Under the pieces are notes generated by a model, which saw only the letters and a program-made list of their open reading frames with translations, did no database searches and was not told the origin of the DNA. 24,191 nt of DNA from a virus (lineage: Duplodnaviria > Caudoviricetes), in the IMG/VR virus record IMGVR_UViG_3300023278_002714, positions 1-24,191 of that record. One strand, 5' to 3'. This document shows, piece by piece, positions 16,196 through 24,191 of the stretch; positions within the stretch are counted from its first letter, which is position 1, and each line of letters begins with the position of its first letter. A program made the translations under genes and the position numbers.

Positions 16196-17344
16196 TTAAA
16201 GATTAAATTTAGATTTTGTTGCTTTGAAGTTTTGAAGTATTTCTTTTTGAGATAATTCTTTATTATAAATAAGCATGTTAGCTATCTTAGCCCCAAAATA
16301 AGAAGATCCTCCTCTAAAAAATTCATCAAAATTTATATCATTTCCACCAGTCCATCCGCTTGAACCATTCGATAAAGCTTTTGCTTCGCCATTTATACTA
16401 GAAAAACTATAAGAGCTTGATGTAGTCCCAAAATGAAGAATACTAAACCCAGGACTTAAACTTACGGACTTGGATGATTGAGATGTATTAAAGTTATCTT
16501 TAAATGAGAATGAATTACCACCAGCTCCATATTTTCCAAATTCATATTTATGGCCATCATTGGCAGTCTGCACAAACCAATAATTCCAACTACTAGATGA
16601 CTGTGAATCATTTACATCAATGGCCATCATCACGGTAAATCCTACAGGCGAAACTGTCACATTTGAACCTAAACTAAAGTATTCATTGGTCCCATCAAAA
16701 GATAATTCACCTCTATTATTAGACGAAAAATTGGATTGATCGTTCATATTAAAAAATGTTCCATCGTTAATTCCCGTACGATTTTTCCATTTTCTTTGAT
16801 AAGATACAAATGGTGTGGCTAACGGAGAAGATGCGCTAGTGTGTTCAACTTGAACCTCTTTAACATCTACCGTCATGTTGTCTGTCGCAGAAAAATCAAA
16901 AAAATCATAGGTCTCGTTGTAAGATGATCTTGATGCATAACCCGTTTCATAATACCAGCCATCGCCAATATCTGTGGTCACTCTTGTAACACTGCTATCG
17001 CAAAAATCAGTCACCTTAAAAGTTCCTGATCCAGATATTATTTTATACTTAAAACTTATTATGTAAGTTTCTCCGCCTGTGAGGTTTGTATGATCAATAG
17101 CAAGCCTAAAATAAATTCTGCTGTTAGTACCTTTATCCAAGACAAACCTATAATGATAAGCATTAGCATCTACTGTAGATTGAGTTCTCGTGCCAACCAA
17201 GTTGCTTGTTGCCCAATCAATTGTACCATTGGAATTATTAGCTAAATTAGTTGTGGGTGGAGCTAATAAACTTTTTTTATCTGCCGCATCTAAGCAGAGA
17301 ACCAAACCATCGGTTACTATATCTGGACTTGCATGTGCGCTCAT
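16196..17344 (-). CDS. LamG/ConA-like lectin protein with an inserted carbohydrate-binding-module-like domain
   Basis: IVTDGLVLCLDA N-terminus, SFDGTNEY and IYNKELSQKEILQNF C-terminus. The insert runs TTNLANN...YIISFKYK...VQVE...ATPFV. Confidence 0.78.
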   Translation of the reverse strand: MSAHASPDIVTDGLVLCLDAADKKSLLAPPTTNLANNSNGTIDWATSNLVGTRTQSTVDANAYHYRFVLDKGTNSRIYFRLAIDHTNLTGGETYIISFKYKIISGSGTFKVTDFCDSSVTRVTTDIGDGWYYETGYASRSSYNETYDFFDFSATDNMTVDVKEVQVEHTSASSPLATPFVSYQRKWKNRTGINDGTFFNMNDQSNFSSNNRGELSFDGTNEYFSLGSNVTVSPVGFTVMMAIDVNDSQSSSSWNYWFVQTANDGHKYEFGKYGAGGNSFSFKDNFNTSQSSKSVSLSPGFSILHFGTTSSSYSFSSINGEAKALSNGSSGWTGGNDINFDEFFRGGSSYFGAKIANMLIYNKELSQKEILQNFKATKSKFNL

Positions 17345-18036
17345 ACTCCAAATCTTCCTTTTGCAGCGTTATAGTTTTGAAGGATTTCTTCGTCACTTAA
17401 GGGGGTTTCGTAGATACTTGCAGACATTATGCTGCCGTTTAACTGATGTATAGCATCTAAATTGGTTCTTATACCCCCTCCAATATATATACCCTGGGTA
17501 CTTGTTCTTATACCATGATCAAACGATTGTTCGTGTACTTTGTGACCATTAAAATAAAATTTCATTGTGTGGGAACTCGAGGACGCAGACTCTAAAACTA
17601 CACCGAAATAATTCCAACCAGAAAAAGTTCCAACATTATGTGTTCTATCTTGTCTGGGGGAACTAGCGATTGCCCAAGACTCCCATCGAATAAGATTATT
17701 ATTCTGTATCATTAATGCATAAGTTTCTTCGTTGCCAAATCTTATTCGTATTAGAGTATCGGTACTGCCGCCCGTAACAGTTTTATTCGCCCACGCAAAC
17801 AAAGACATATTTTGCGTTAAAAGCTCTGCATTATGATCATTAAAAAAAATCCAATCGCCATTGTCAGCAAAATTAAATCCCTCAGTACTGGCGGTAGTGT
17901 TACCTGCAAACTCACCATTTACTTTTTGAATTAAATCTTTACATGTGGACCCTCCGTTATAGCATCTAGGGCTTTTCGCATCGATGTGAAAAATTAACCC
18001 GTCTGTTACTATTTTTGATGAATATGATGTGGCCAT
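17341..18036 (-). CDS. LamG/ConA-like lectin protein
   Basis: KIVTDGLIFHIDA, SLFAW, WNYFGVV, FYFNG and IYETPLSDEEILQNYNA. Confidence 0.82.
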   Translation of the reverse strand: MATSYSSKIVTDGLIFHIDAKSPRCYNGGSTCKDLIQKVNGEFAGNTTASTEGFNFADNGDWIFFNDHNAELLTQNMSLFAWANKTVTGGSTDTLIRIRFGNEETYALMIQNNNLIRWESWAIASSPRQDRTHNVGTFSGWNYFGVVLESASSSSHTMKFYFNGHKVHEQSFDHGIRTSTQGIYIGGGIRTNLDAIHQLNGSIMSASIYETPLSDEEILQNYNAAKGRFGV

Positions 18037-18038
18037 AA

Positions 18039-18734
18039 TTATAAACCGAATCTACCTTTTGTGGCGTTATAGTTTTGAAGGACTTCTGTGGATGTTAATG
18101 CTTTATTATAAATTTTGACTGACGCTATCTTACCTTGCCACGAATCTCCATCACCACCGCTTTTACCACCAATAGCTAAACTGTTATCAGCGTTAGTTGA
18201 TATGTCGCCAGTATTGGCTTTAGTAGCAATTAACTGACCATTATAATAACCTTTTTCATTTGTTCTATCATAGGTATATACCACATAATACCATTTACCT
18301 ACTTCTATGTTTTGACCCCACTCAAACTGAGCATTACCAACATTGGTTGTTTGGAATCCTCCCCCACTTACTGATTCATACGCAGCGTCATAATGTATTA
18401 TATAACCATTGCCATACAGCCCTTTGCCAATAACATGACCATTGCTAGCAATAGAATTCGCATTAACCCAGGCAGCCAATGTTATAGTGCCAGCAGGGTC
18501 AATATCAATGGAAGAATCACTACCACATTCTACTCTATCATTCGAACCATCAAAACTGAACGATCCCCCACCATCAGAATCAAAAGCAGGTCCATTTGTT
18601 AATGTACCATGATTGCCATTCCCACTTCTATCCGTCCAAGTTGTGCCACTACCCGAATACGACTTACCATCTCCCGCATCTAAGCAAAGAACTAAACCAT
18701 CAGTAACTATTTTTGGTGAGTGGGATAATGCCAT
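18039..18734 (-). CDS. LamG/ConA-like lectin protein
   Basis: KIVTDGLVLCLDA, WTDRSGNGNHGTL, FDGSND, TLAAWV, WYYVVYTY, YYNG and IYNKALTSTEVLQNYNA. Confidence 0.88.
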   Translation of the reverse strand: MALSHSPKIVTDGLVLCLDAGDGKSYSGSGTTWTDRSGNGNHGTLTNGPAFDSDGGGSFSFDGSNDRVECGSDSSIDIDPAGTITLAAWVNANSIASNGHVIGKGLYGNGYIIHYDAAYESVSGGGFQTTNVGNAQFEWGQNIEVGKWYYVVYTYDRTNEKGYYNGQLIATKANTGDISTNADNSLAIGGKSGGDGDSWQGKIASVKIYNKALTSTEVLQNYNATKGRFGL

Positions 18735-18740
18735 AATCTA

Positions 18741-18992
18741 TTATTCCATTTGGCCTGTAGGAGTCCACGCTTCTTCAGCAAGAACCTCAAGGATCTGACT
18801 GTGAGAGTATGGTCCTTCAGTATTAGTTAAGCCAGAAATAAAAGATGGTGTGACTCCTTCCCATTTAACAAACGATTTTGTTTCATCCACTGACAAGCGC
18901 AGCGTTTCCGCTGAAGTTTCCAACACGTTAGTAAAGTCAATCGAATCCACTTCCGACATATTAAAAACTAAGTAATTTCTATTTTCGAACAT
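18741..18992 (-). CDS. Small acidic hypothetical phage protein (fibre/lectin-associated)
   Basis: 83-aa ORF IDF..VLETSAETLR.S.D..K.FVKW...YSHSQIL..L...W between the fibre and the LamG genes. Confidence 0.75.
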   Translation of the reverse strand: MFENRNYLVFNMSEVDSIDFTNVLETSAETLRLSVDETKSFVKWEGVTPSFISGLTNTEGPYSHSQILEVLAEEAWTPTGQME

Positions 18993-18997
18993 ATTTT

Positions 18998-21900
18998 TTA
19001 TTTTAAATGTTTTTCTAGTGGATCGACATCCTTACGGGTTCCGTAAACTACATAATTATATTGGCCGCCATTAGTTAATCCGCCTATTTTTATTTTTTTA
19101 TTGTTTTGTTCCACAACAAAGAGTTGTTGAATCTGACCAAAGGAAGTTAATTGAACTGTTACGCTATTTTCGTGAACAAGCCAATCCCATTCTTCTGGTA
19201 ATTCGACTTCTTCTTGGTCAGACTTGCCCCGAACATATACGCTATGTTCGTCAGTCTCGACCACACCGTACTGAAGGCGACCACCCTTTTTGGGGTTGTC
19301 AATTATAAATGATTTTGTTGTGGCTGCAAAGTGGCCATTGACTTCTAATTTAGCAGATGGACTCGTTGTTCCTATACCAACGTTGCCTGCTGAAGTAACA
19401 GTTAATCTTTCAACTGGAGTACTGTAACTAGTATTTGTTCTTATGTGAATATTACCAGCTGAGTTATCGTAATTTACATTTTCATTTGGAGTAGATACCG
19501 TTGTGACGGTGCTTAAAGGAGAAACTAAAAAATGATCTCTATCAGAGCTTGAAAAGTAAGGCCCTACCCTTAATGTTCCATCAACGTGTAAAGTATTTTG
19601 TGGTGATGTAGTACCTATACCAATCTTACCGTCCTCTTGAACCTTAAATAATGGAGTTCCACTATTCGCTGTTTGCGAATCCTTTTCAATAATAAATGCA
19701 GCATTCGTTGTATTATTATTAGAATCCAGCATTACATTTAGTGTGCCTCCTGCTTTAATAAATGAATTCGATAAAGAATTGTTGGTATCAAATACTATCG
19801 AATTTGATCCTATTGTTAGGTCATCATCAAATTTAGATGTACCTGCAACCTGCAACTTAGCAGATGGACTCGTTGTTCCTATACCAACGTTACCGCCGTC
19901 TTTCATTATACTCAAATTGCCAGAGTATCTACCAAATATTTCTTTTGCTACACCTCCATTTGAACTTGCAATTCTAAATTGAGGTCCAGAAAAACTATAA
20001 TTTGATTCTATTGTTGTGAAATAATTTGTTGGATCTGGGCTGCTAGTTAACTTAATTTTGGGATGTGTAGTTGCCATTTCTAACCTTTCACTTGGATTAG
20101 TTGTTCCTATACCAACGTTGCTACCGAAGGTGGCACCTCTTGATACCATTATAGTAGAATCATTTCTGTTGTGATCACTAATATCTAATTGAGTACCGCC
20201 ACCTGCTATAGTTGGTCCCGTGGTTGTGGCAGAGGCTAAAATATCAGAACTGCTTTGTAATGTGTCATTTGCAAAAATGTGAGTAGCATACGATTGCGAC
20301 GACATTCCAATGAGCCTAATCCAAATCTCCACTACGGTATTACTTGGGTTTGTAGTAGCTATAGATACTAATTTAGATGTGTTGTATCTACCCGCTGGTA
20401 ATCTTTGTATATGGTGTCTAAAGCCGTATCCAGCTGTCGAGATTAAGAATTCATCGTTAGATACCGTGTTGTCTCCATTAGAAGTAACATTTAAACGAAT
20501 TAATCTGGGTCCATGGTCGGTGCTATATATCTTAAACCATTGAGCGCTACCGTTAGAAGCTGTTGTTCTAGTAAAACTAACGCTATTATTAGGCGGTGTA
20601 TATCTAACATCCGAGTGTTGGTTAATGCCATCTATATTAAATGATTCTTCTACATTTAAAGAGCCAAAAGTACCCGAACCAGTTTGGGCGAAAGAACCAG
20701 TTACTGACTGTAGGGTAGAAATGTCTGAATCGTTCGAAGATATGTCGGACTTTAGGTTGCCCGTAGCTGTTTGTAAAGACGTTATACTGGGGCTGCTTAT
20801 ATCACCAGTAACTGTGAGAACTCCAGACAAAATTGTATCGCCATCAACATGAAGTTTTGCAGCTGGGGATGTTGTTCCGATACCAACGTTGCCTGCTGAA
20901 GTAACAGTTAATCTTTCAACTGGAGTACTGTAACTAGTATTTGTTCTTATGTGAATATTACCAGCTGAGTTATCGTAATTTACATTTTCATTTGGAGTAG
21001 ATACCGTTGTGACGGTGCTTAAAGGAGAAACTAAAAAATGATCTCTATCAGAGCTTGAAAAGTAAGGCCCTACCCTTAATGTTCCATCAACGTGTAAAGT
21101 ATTTTGTGGTGATGTAGTACCTATACCAATCTTACCGTCCTCTTGAACCTTAAATAATGGAGTTCCACTATTCGCTGTTTGCGAATCCTTTTCAATAATA
21201 AATGCAGCATTCGTTGTATTATTATTAGAATCCAGCATTACATTTAGTGTGCCTCCTGCTTTAATAAATGAATTCGATAAAGAATTGTTGGTATCAAATA
21301 CTATCGAATTTGATCCTATTGTTAGGTCATCATCAAATTTAGATGTACCTGCAACCTGCAACTTAGCAGATGGACTCGTTGTTCCTATACCAACGTTACC
21401 GCCGTCTTTCATTATACTCAAATTGCCAGAGTATCTACCAAATATTTCTTTTGCTACACCTCCATTTGAACTTGCAATTCTAAATTGAGGTCCAGAAAAA
21501 CTATAATTTGATTCTATTGTTGTGAAATAATTTGTTGGATCTGGGCTGCTAGTTAACTTAATTTTGGGATGTGTAGTTGCCATTTCTAACCTTTCACTTG
21601 GATTAGTTGTTCCTATACCAACGTTGCTACCGAAGGTGGCACCTCTTGATACCATTATAGTAGAATCATTTCTGTTGTGATCACTAATATCTAATTGAGT
21701 ACCGCCACCTGCTATAGTTGGTCCCGTGGTTGTGGCAGAGGCTAAAATATCAGAACTGCTTTGTAATGTGTCATTTGCAAAAATGTGAGTAGCATACGAT
21801 TGCGACGACATTCCAATGAGCCTAATCCAAATCTCCACTACGGTATTACTTGGGTTTGTAGTAGCTATAGATACTAATTTAGATGTGTTGTATCTACCCG

Positions 21901-24190
21901 CTGGTAATCTTTGTATATGGTGTCTAAAGCCGTATCCAGCTGTCGAGATTAAGAATTCATCGTTAGATACCGTGTTGTCTCCATTAGAAGTAACATTTAA
22001 ACGAATTAATCTGGGTCCATGGTCGGTGCTATATATCTTAAACCATTGAGCGCTACCGTTAGAAGCTGTTGTTCTAGTAAAACTAACGCTATTATTAGGC
22101 GGTGTATATCTAACATCCGAGTGTTGGTTAATGCCATCTATATTAAATGATTCTTCTACATTTAAAGAGCCAAAAGTACCCGAACCAGTTTGGGCGAAAG
22201 AACCAGTTACTGACTGTAGGGTAGAAATGTCTGAATCGTTCGAAGATATGTCGGACTTTAGGTTGCCCGTAGCTGTTTGTAACCCTAAAATATTTGTATT
22301 TAAAACGCCAGTTGCTGTAGAAAGATTACCTAAAGATGAGGCTGTAGTTGTAGAGAAGTTTGCATCGTCGCCCAAAGCTGCAGCCAATTCATTAAGGGTA
22401 TTAAGCGTGCCTGGTGCTGAATCAACTATACCAGCCACTTGAGTATCGACATAATTCTTTGTGGTTAAATGTGTGCTTGAGGTGGGTTCTGCAGCTGTAA
22501 CATTATTAGTAACGTTTAAATTACCAGCATTCGTTAAATAGGCTTTTGTAGATAAAGTGCCTGTAGAAGTTGTAGCATGTTGAAAGAAAAGGTCTGAAGA
22601 AGAATTTTGCCAAATACTCCAAGTATTGTCATCAGTAGGGGATTCTGTTAATTTTATACCATGATTTTGATTTGCAGAAGATTGTACAATATGTAATTTA
22701 CTTTGAGGCGAGCTAGTTCCAATGCCAAGTCGGCCGTTGTATGCTTGGGAGATTCGCATTGCTTCTACAGCTCCACCAATGTTAAAAATTAATTGATTGC
22801 TACTATTTGACTTAATAGAAGCCCTTTCGGCGCCGCCAACTGCTTCTCTAAACGTGTAACCTCCAGCAACTCGGCCTATTCCAACATCCCCATTAACTTC
22901 TAATTTAGTAGATGAATTCGTTGTTCCTATACCGACATTACCTGTAACATTAAGATGGCCAGATAAAATTGTGTCACCATCAACGTGGAGTTCTGCAGAT
23001 GGTGCTGAAGTCCCCACGCCAACCTTACCCTCTGAAACGTCTACAACTAGACTGTTTGAATTAACGACCAAGTTACCAGTTATTGTTGCTTCTCCAGTAA
23101 TATTTAAATCTGAGAATCTAGCGGGCGCATCTCTTAATGGGGGTCTTTTTAATACTCCATTTCTTAATGTCTGCACTTCGTTACCGCTTACAAAAAGTTT
23201 AGTATCTCCTAAAAAGATTGAATCGCCACTTAAGTATAAATCTTTGAATCTTTTTGTTGGGCTACCTATATCAAAAGTCACATCTTTTGCTGGTACGATG
23301 CTTCCACTTATATCTAAATTACCAGACAAAATTGTGTTGCCATCAACATGAAGTTTGGCTTGAGGTGAATCAGTTCCTATACCAACGTTGCCTGCTGAAG
23401 TGATGCGTATTTTTTCTTGTTGGTTATTTACCTTAAATAGCATGCTATTGTCATTGTTGTTATAGGTAACTGAGCCAGCACTAACGTCGCTTTGGTCCCC
23501 AAACAATAAGGTTGCATTTCCAACATTTGAACTTCTTATATTTAAATTGACATTTGCATTGTTTTTATTTAGCTCCAAATCTTGAACTGGCGAGCTAGTT
23601 CCTATACCAACGTTGCCACTAAGGTCAATACGCATTCTTTCAGTAACACCACCAGCATCAAATGCTAATGATTGATTATCAGTCCTTATCGTTGCTTTTG
23701 TTACTCCATTTTCTCTAAATCTAAGTAGTGGGGTAGAATTGGTATCATTTATGACAATTTCGGCATCTGCACCATCAACTACAAACATTTTATCGGGGTT
23801 GGATGTTCCTATACCAACACGGCCGTTAGTATCAACAGTGACTTGAGACGCACCACCTTTTCTTATTTCAAAATCATTACGACCAGTTCCGCCAAAGATT
23901 CTGTCTAAAACAAAATGATGGTTTCCATCTGAATCGGTATCTTGATTAGCAGTAATAAAACAATCGGGATCGGAAACTTTCATTTCAAGAAATTGACTAT
24001 CATCTCTACCAACTTCCAATTGCGCTACATTTCCAGCATTATTAAAGGACCTGATAACGCCATTAGAAATTATGTTGCCAGTTGTTATAATATTACCAGT
24101 AACTGAAACATCGCCAGAAAGTAAAGTTGTGCCAGAAACATGCAGTTTCGCAGCTGGCGATCTTGTTCCTATACCAAAGTCACCAAGTGA
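18998..24190 (-). CDS. Long tail fibre protein (5' end beyond the window)
   Basis: The frame is open from the window edge (SLGDFGIGTRSPAAKLHV...). It has about 15 G[NKRD][VILF]G[IV]GT units, TTKNYVD, APGTLNTLNELAAALGDDANF and a C-terminal TKSFIIDNP...VYVRG domain. Confidence 0.88.
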   Translation of the reverse strand, partial: SLGDFGIGTRSPAAKLHVSGTTLLSGDVSVTGNIITTGNIISNGVIRSFNNAGNVAQLEVGRDDSQFLEMKVSDPDCFITANQDTDSDGNHHFVLDRIFGGTGRNDFEIRKGGASQVTVDTNGRVGIGTSNPDKMFVVDGADAEIVINDTNSTPLLRFRENGVTKATIRTDNQSLAFDAGGVTERMRIDLSGNVGIGTSSPVQDLELNKNNANVNLNIRSSNVGNATLLFGDQSDVSAGSVTYNNNDNSMLFKVNNQQEKIRITSAGNVGIGTDSPQAKLHVDGNTILSGNLDISGSIVPAKDVTFDIGSPTKRFKDLYLSGDSIFLGDTKLFVSGNEVQTLRNGVLKRPPLRDAPARFSDLNITGEATITGNLVVNSNSLVVDVSEGKVGVGTSAPSAELHVDGDTILSGHLNVTGNVGIGTTNSSTKLEVNGDVGIGRVAGGYTFREAVGGAERASIKSNSSNQLIFNIGGAVEAMRISQAYNGRLGIGTSSPQSKLHIVQSSANQNHGIKLTESPTDDNTWSIWQNSSSDLFFQHATTSTGTLSTKAYLTNAGNLNVTNNVTAAEPTSSTHLTTKNYVDTQVAGIVDSAPGTLNTLNELAAALGDDANFSTTTASSLGNLSTATGVLNTNILGLQTATGNLKSDISSNDSDISTLQSVTGSFAQTGSGTFGSLNVEESFNIDGINQHSDVRYTPPNNSVSFTRTTASNGSAQWFKIYSTDHGPRLIRLNVTSNGDNTVSNDEFLISTAGYGFRHHIQRLPAGRYNTSKLVSIATTNPSNTVVEIWIRLIGMSSQSYATHIFANDTLQSSSDILASATTTGPTIAGGGTQLDISDHNRNDSTIMVSRGATFGSNVGIGTTNPSERLEMATTHPKIKLTSSPDPTNYFTTIESNYSFSGPQFRIASSNGGVAKEIFGRYSGNLSIMKDGGNVGIGTTSPSAKLQVAGTSKFDDDLTIGSNSIVFDTNNSLSNSFIKAGGTLNVMLDSNNNTTNAAFIIEKDSQTANSGTPLFKVQEDGKIGIGTTSPQNTLHVDGTLRVGPYFSSSDRDHFLVSPLSTVTTVSTPNENVNYDNSAGNIHIRTNTSYSTPVERLTVTSAGNVGIGTTSPAAKLHVDGDTILSGVLTVTGDISSPSITSLQTATGNLKSDISSNDSDISTLQSVTGSFAQTGSGTFGSLNVEESFNIDGINQHSDVRYTPPNNSVSFTRTTASNGSAQWFKIYSTDHGPRLIRLNVTSNGDNTVSNDEFLISTAGYGFRHHIQRLPAGRYNTSKLVSIATTNPSNTVVEIWIRLIGMSSQSYATHIFANDTLQSSSDILASATTTGPTIAGGGTQLDISDHNRNDSTIMVSRGATFGSNVGIGTTNPSERLEMATTHPKIKLTSSPDPTNYFTTIESNYSFSGPQFRIASSNGGVAKEIFGRYSGNLSIMKDGGNVGIGTTSPSAKLQVAGTSKFDDDLTIGSNSIVFDTNNSLSNSFIKAGGTLNVMLDSNNNTTNAAFIIEKDSQTANSGTPLFKVQEDGKIGIGTTSPQNTLHVDGTLRVGPYFSSSDRDHFLVSPLSTVTTVSTPNENVNYDNSAGNIHIRTNTSYSTPVERLTVTSAGNVGIGTTSPSAKLEVNGHFAATTKSFIIDNPKKGGRLQYGVVETDEHSVYVRGKSDQEEVELPEEWDWLVHENSVTVQLTSFGQIQQLFVVEQNNKKIKIGGLTNGGQYNYVVYGTRKDVDPLEKHLK
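19374..20776. repeat. 1403-bp direct repeat, copy A (in frame within the tail fibre)
   Basis: Matches 20880..22282 at offset 1506. No mismatch found by eye; the flanking bases differ at 19373/20879 and 20777/22283. Confidence 0.95.
20880..22282. repeat. 1403-bp direct repeat, copy B
   Basis: Matches 19374..20776 and is separated from it by a unique 103-bp spacer. Confidence 0.95.
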
Positions 24191-24191
24191 A

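Larger units (their letters stand above)
19368..24177. repeat. Dispersed 17-bp repeat GTTCCTATACCAACGTT (encodes NVGIGT)
   Basis: Exact copies start at 19368, 19875, 20103, 21381, 21609, 23373 and 23598. A one-mismatch copy starts at 20874, and partial copies at 22923, 23805 and 24165. Confidence 0.9.

Noticed and set aside
19374-22282. Diversity-generating retroelement template/variable repeat pair
   Set aside because: The repeat is far too long, shows no adenine-specific mismatches, both copies are coding, and no reverse transcriptase is in the window.
802-23351. All plus-strand ORFs and the short nested minus-strand ORFs in the track
   Set aside because: They are antisense or out-of-frame shadows of well-supported minus-strand genes and carry no recognisable motifs. 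The repeated ones simply mirror the duplication.
24017-24019. TTG start for the tail fibre
   Set aside because: The frame stays open with fibre repeats to the window edge, so the true start lies outside the window.
19368-24177. CRISPR array formed by the 17-bp repeats
   Set aside because: Spacing is irregular and hundreds of bases long, and all copies are in-frame coding sequence.
1-24191. tRNA/ncRNA genes, introns, inteins, stop-codon recoding
   Set aside because: Intergenic gaps are all under about 45 nt, genes tile fully in the standard code, and the helicase, RecA and primase have normal lengths.

Overview
AT-rich, densely coded fragment of a large tailed-phage genome, with every real gene on the minus strand. 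Reading in transcription direction (right to left), it has four parts. (1) An adsorption module: a >1730-aa GNVGIGT-repeat tail fibre carrying an apparently exact 1403-bp internal duplication, three LamG/ConA-like lectin paralogues, a short fibre protein and a BspA-like LRR protein. (2) Small genes, including a DUF4032-like protein that hints at a Verrucomicrobiota-type host and a PQ-loop/SemiSWEET transporter. (3) A ~6-kb nonulosonic (sialic-type) acid glycosylation locus: WavE-like protein, NeuB, two GT42/Cst-II-like transferases, another GT-like protein, NeuA, a minimal HAD phosphatase and Gmd. Its gene content fits KDN synthesis best. (4) A recombination/replication module: RecA/UvsX, DUF559-like nuclease, DnaB helicase, primase and a PD-(D/E)XK exonuclease. 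Two promoter-like signals are visible: AGTGTAA 9-11 nt before four start codons, and TTGACA-N16-TA(G/T)TAT 7-8 nt before two start codons. All family assignments come from motif recognition, not database searches.
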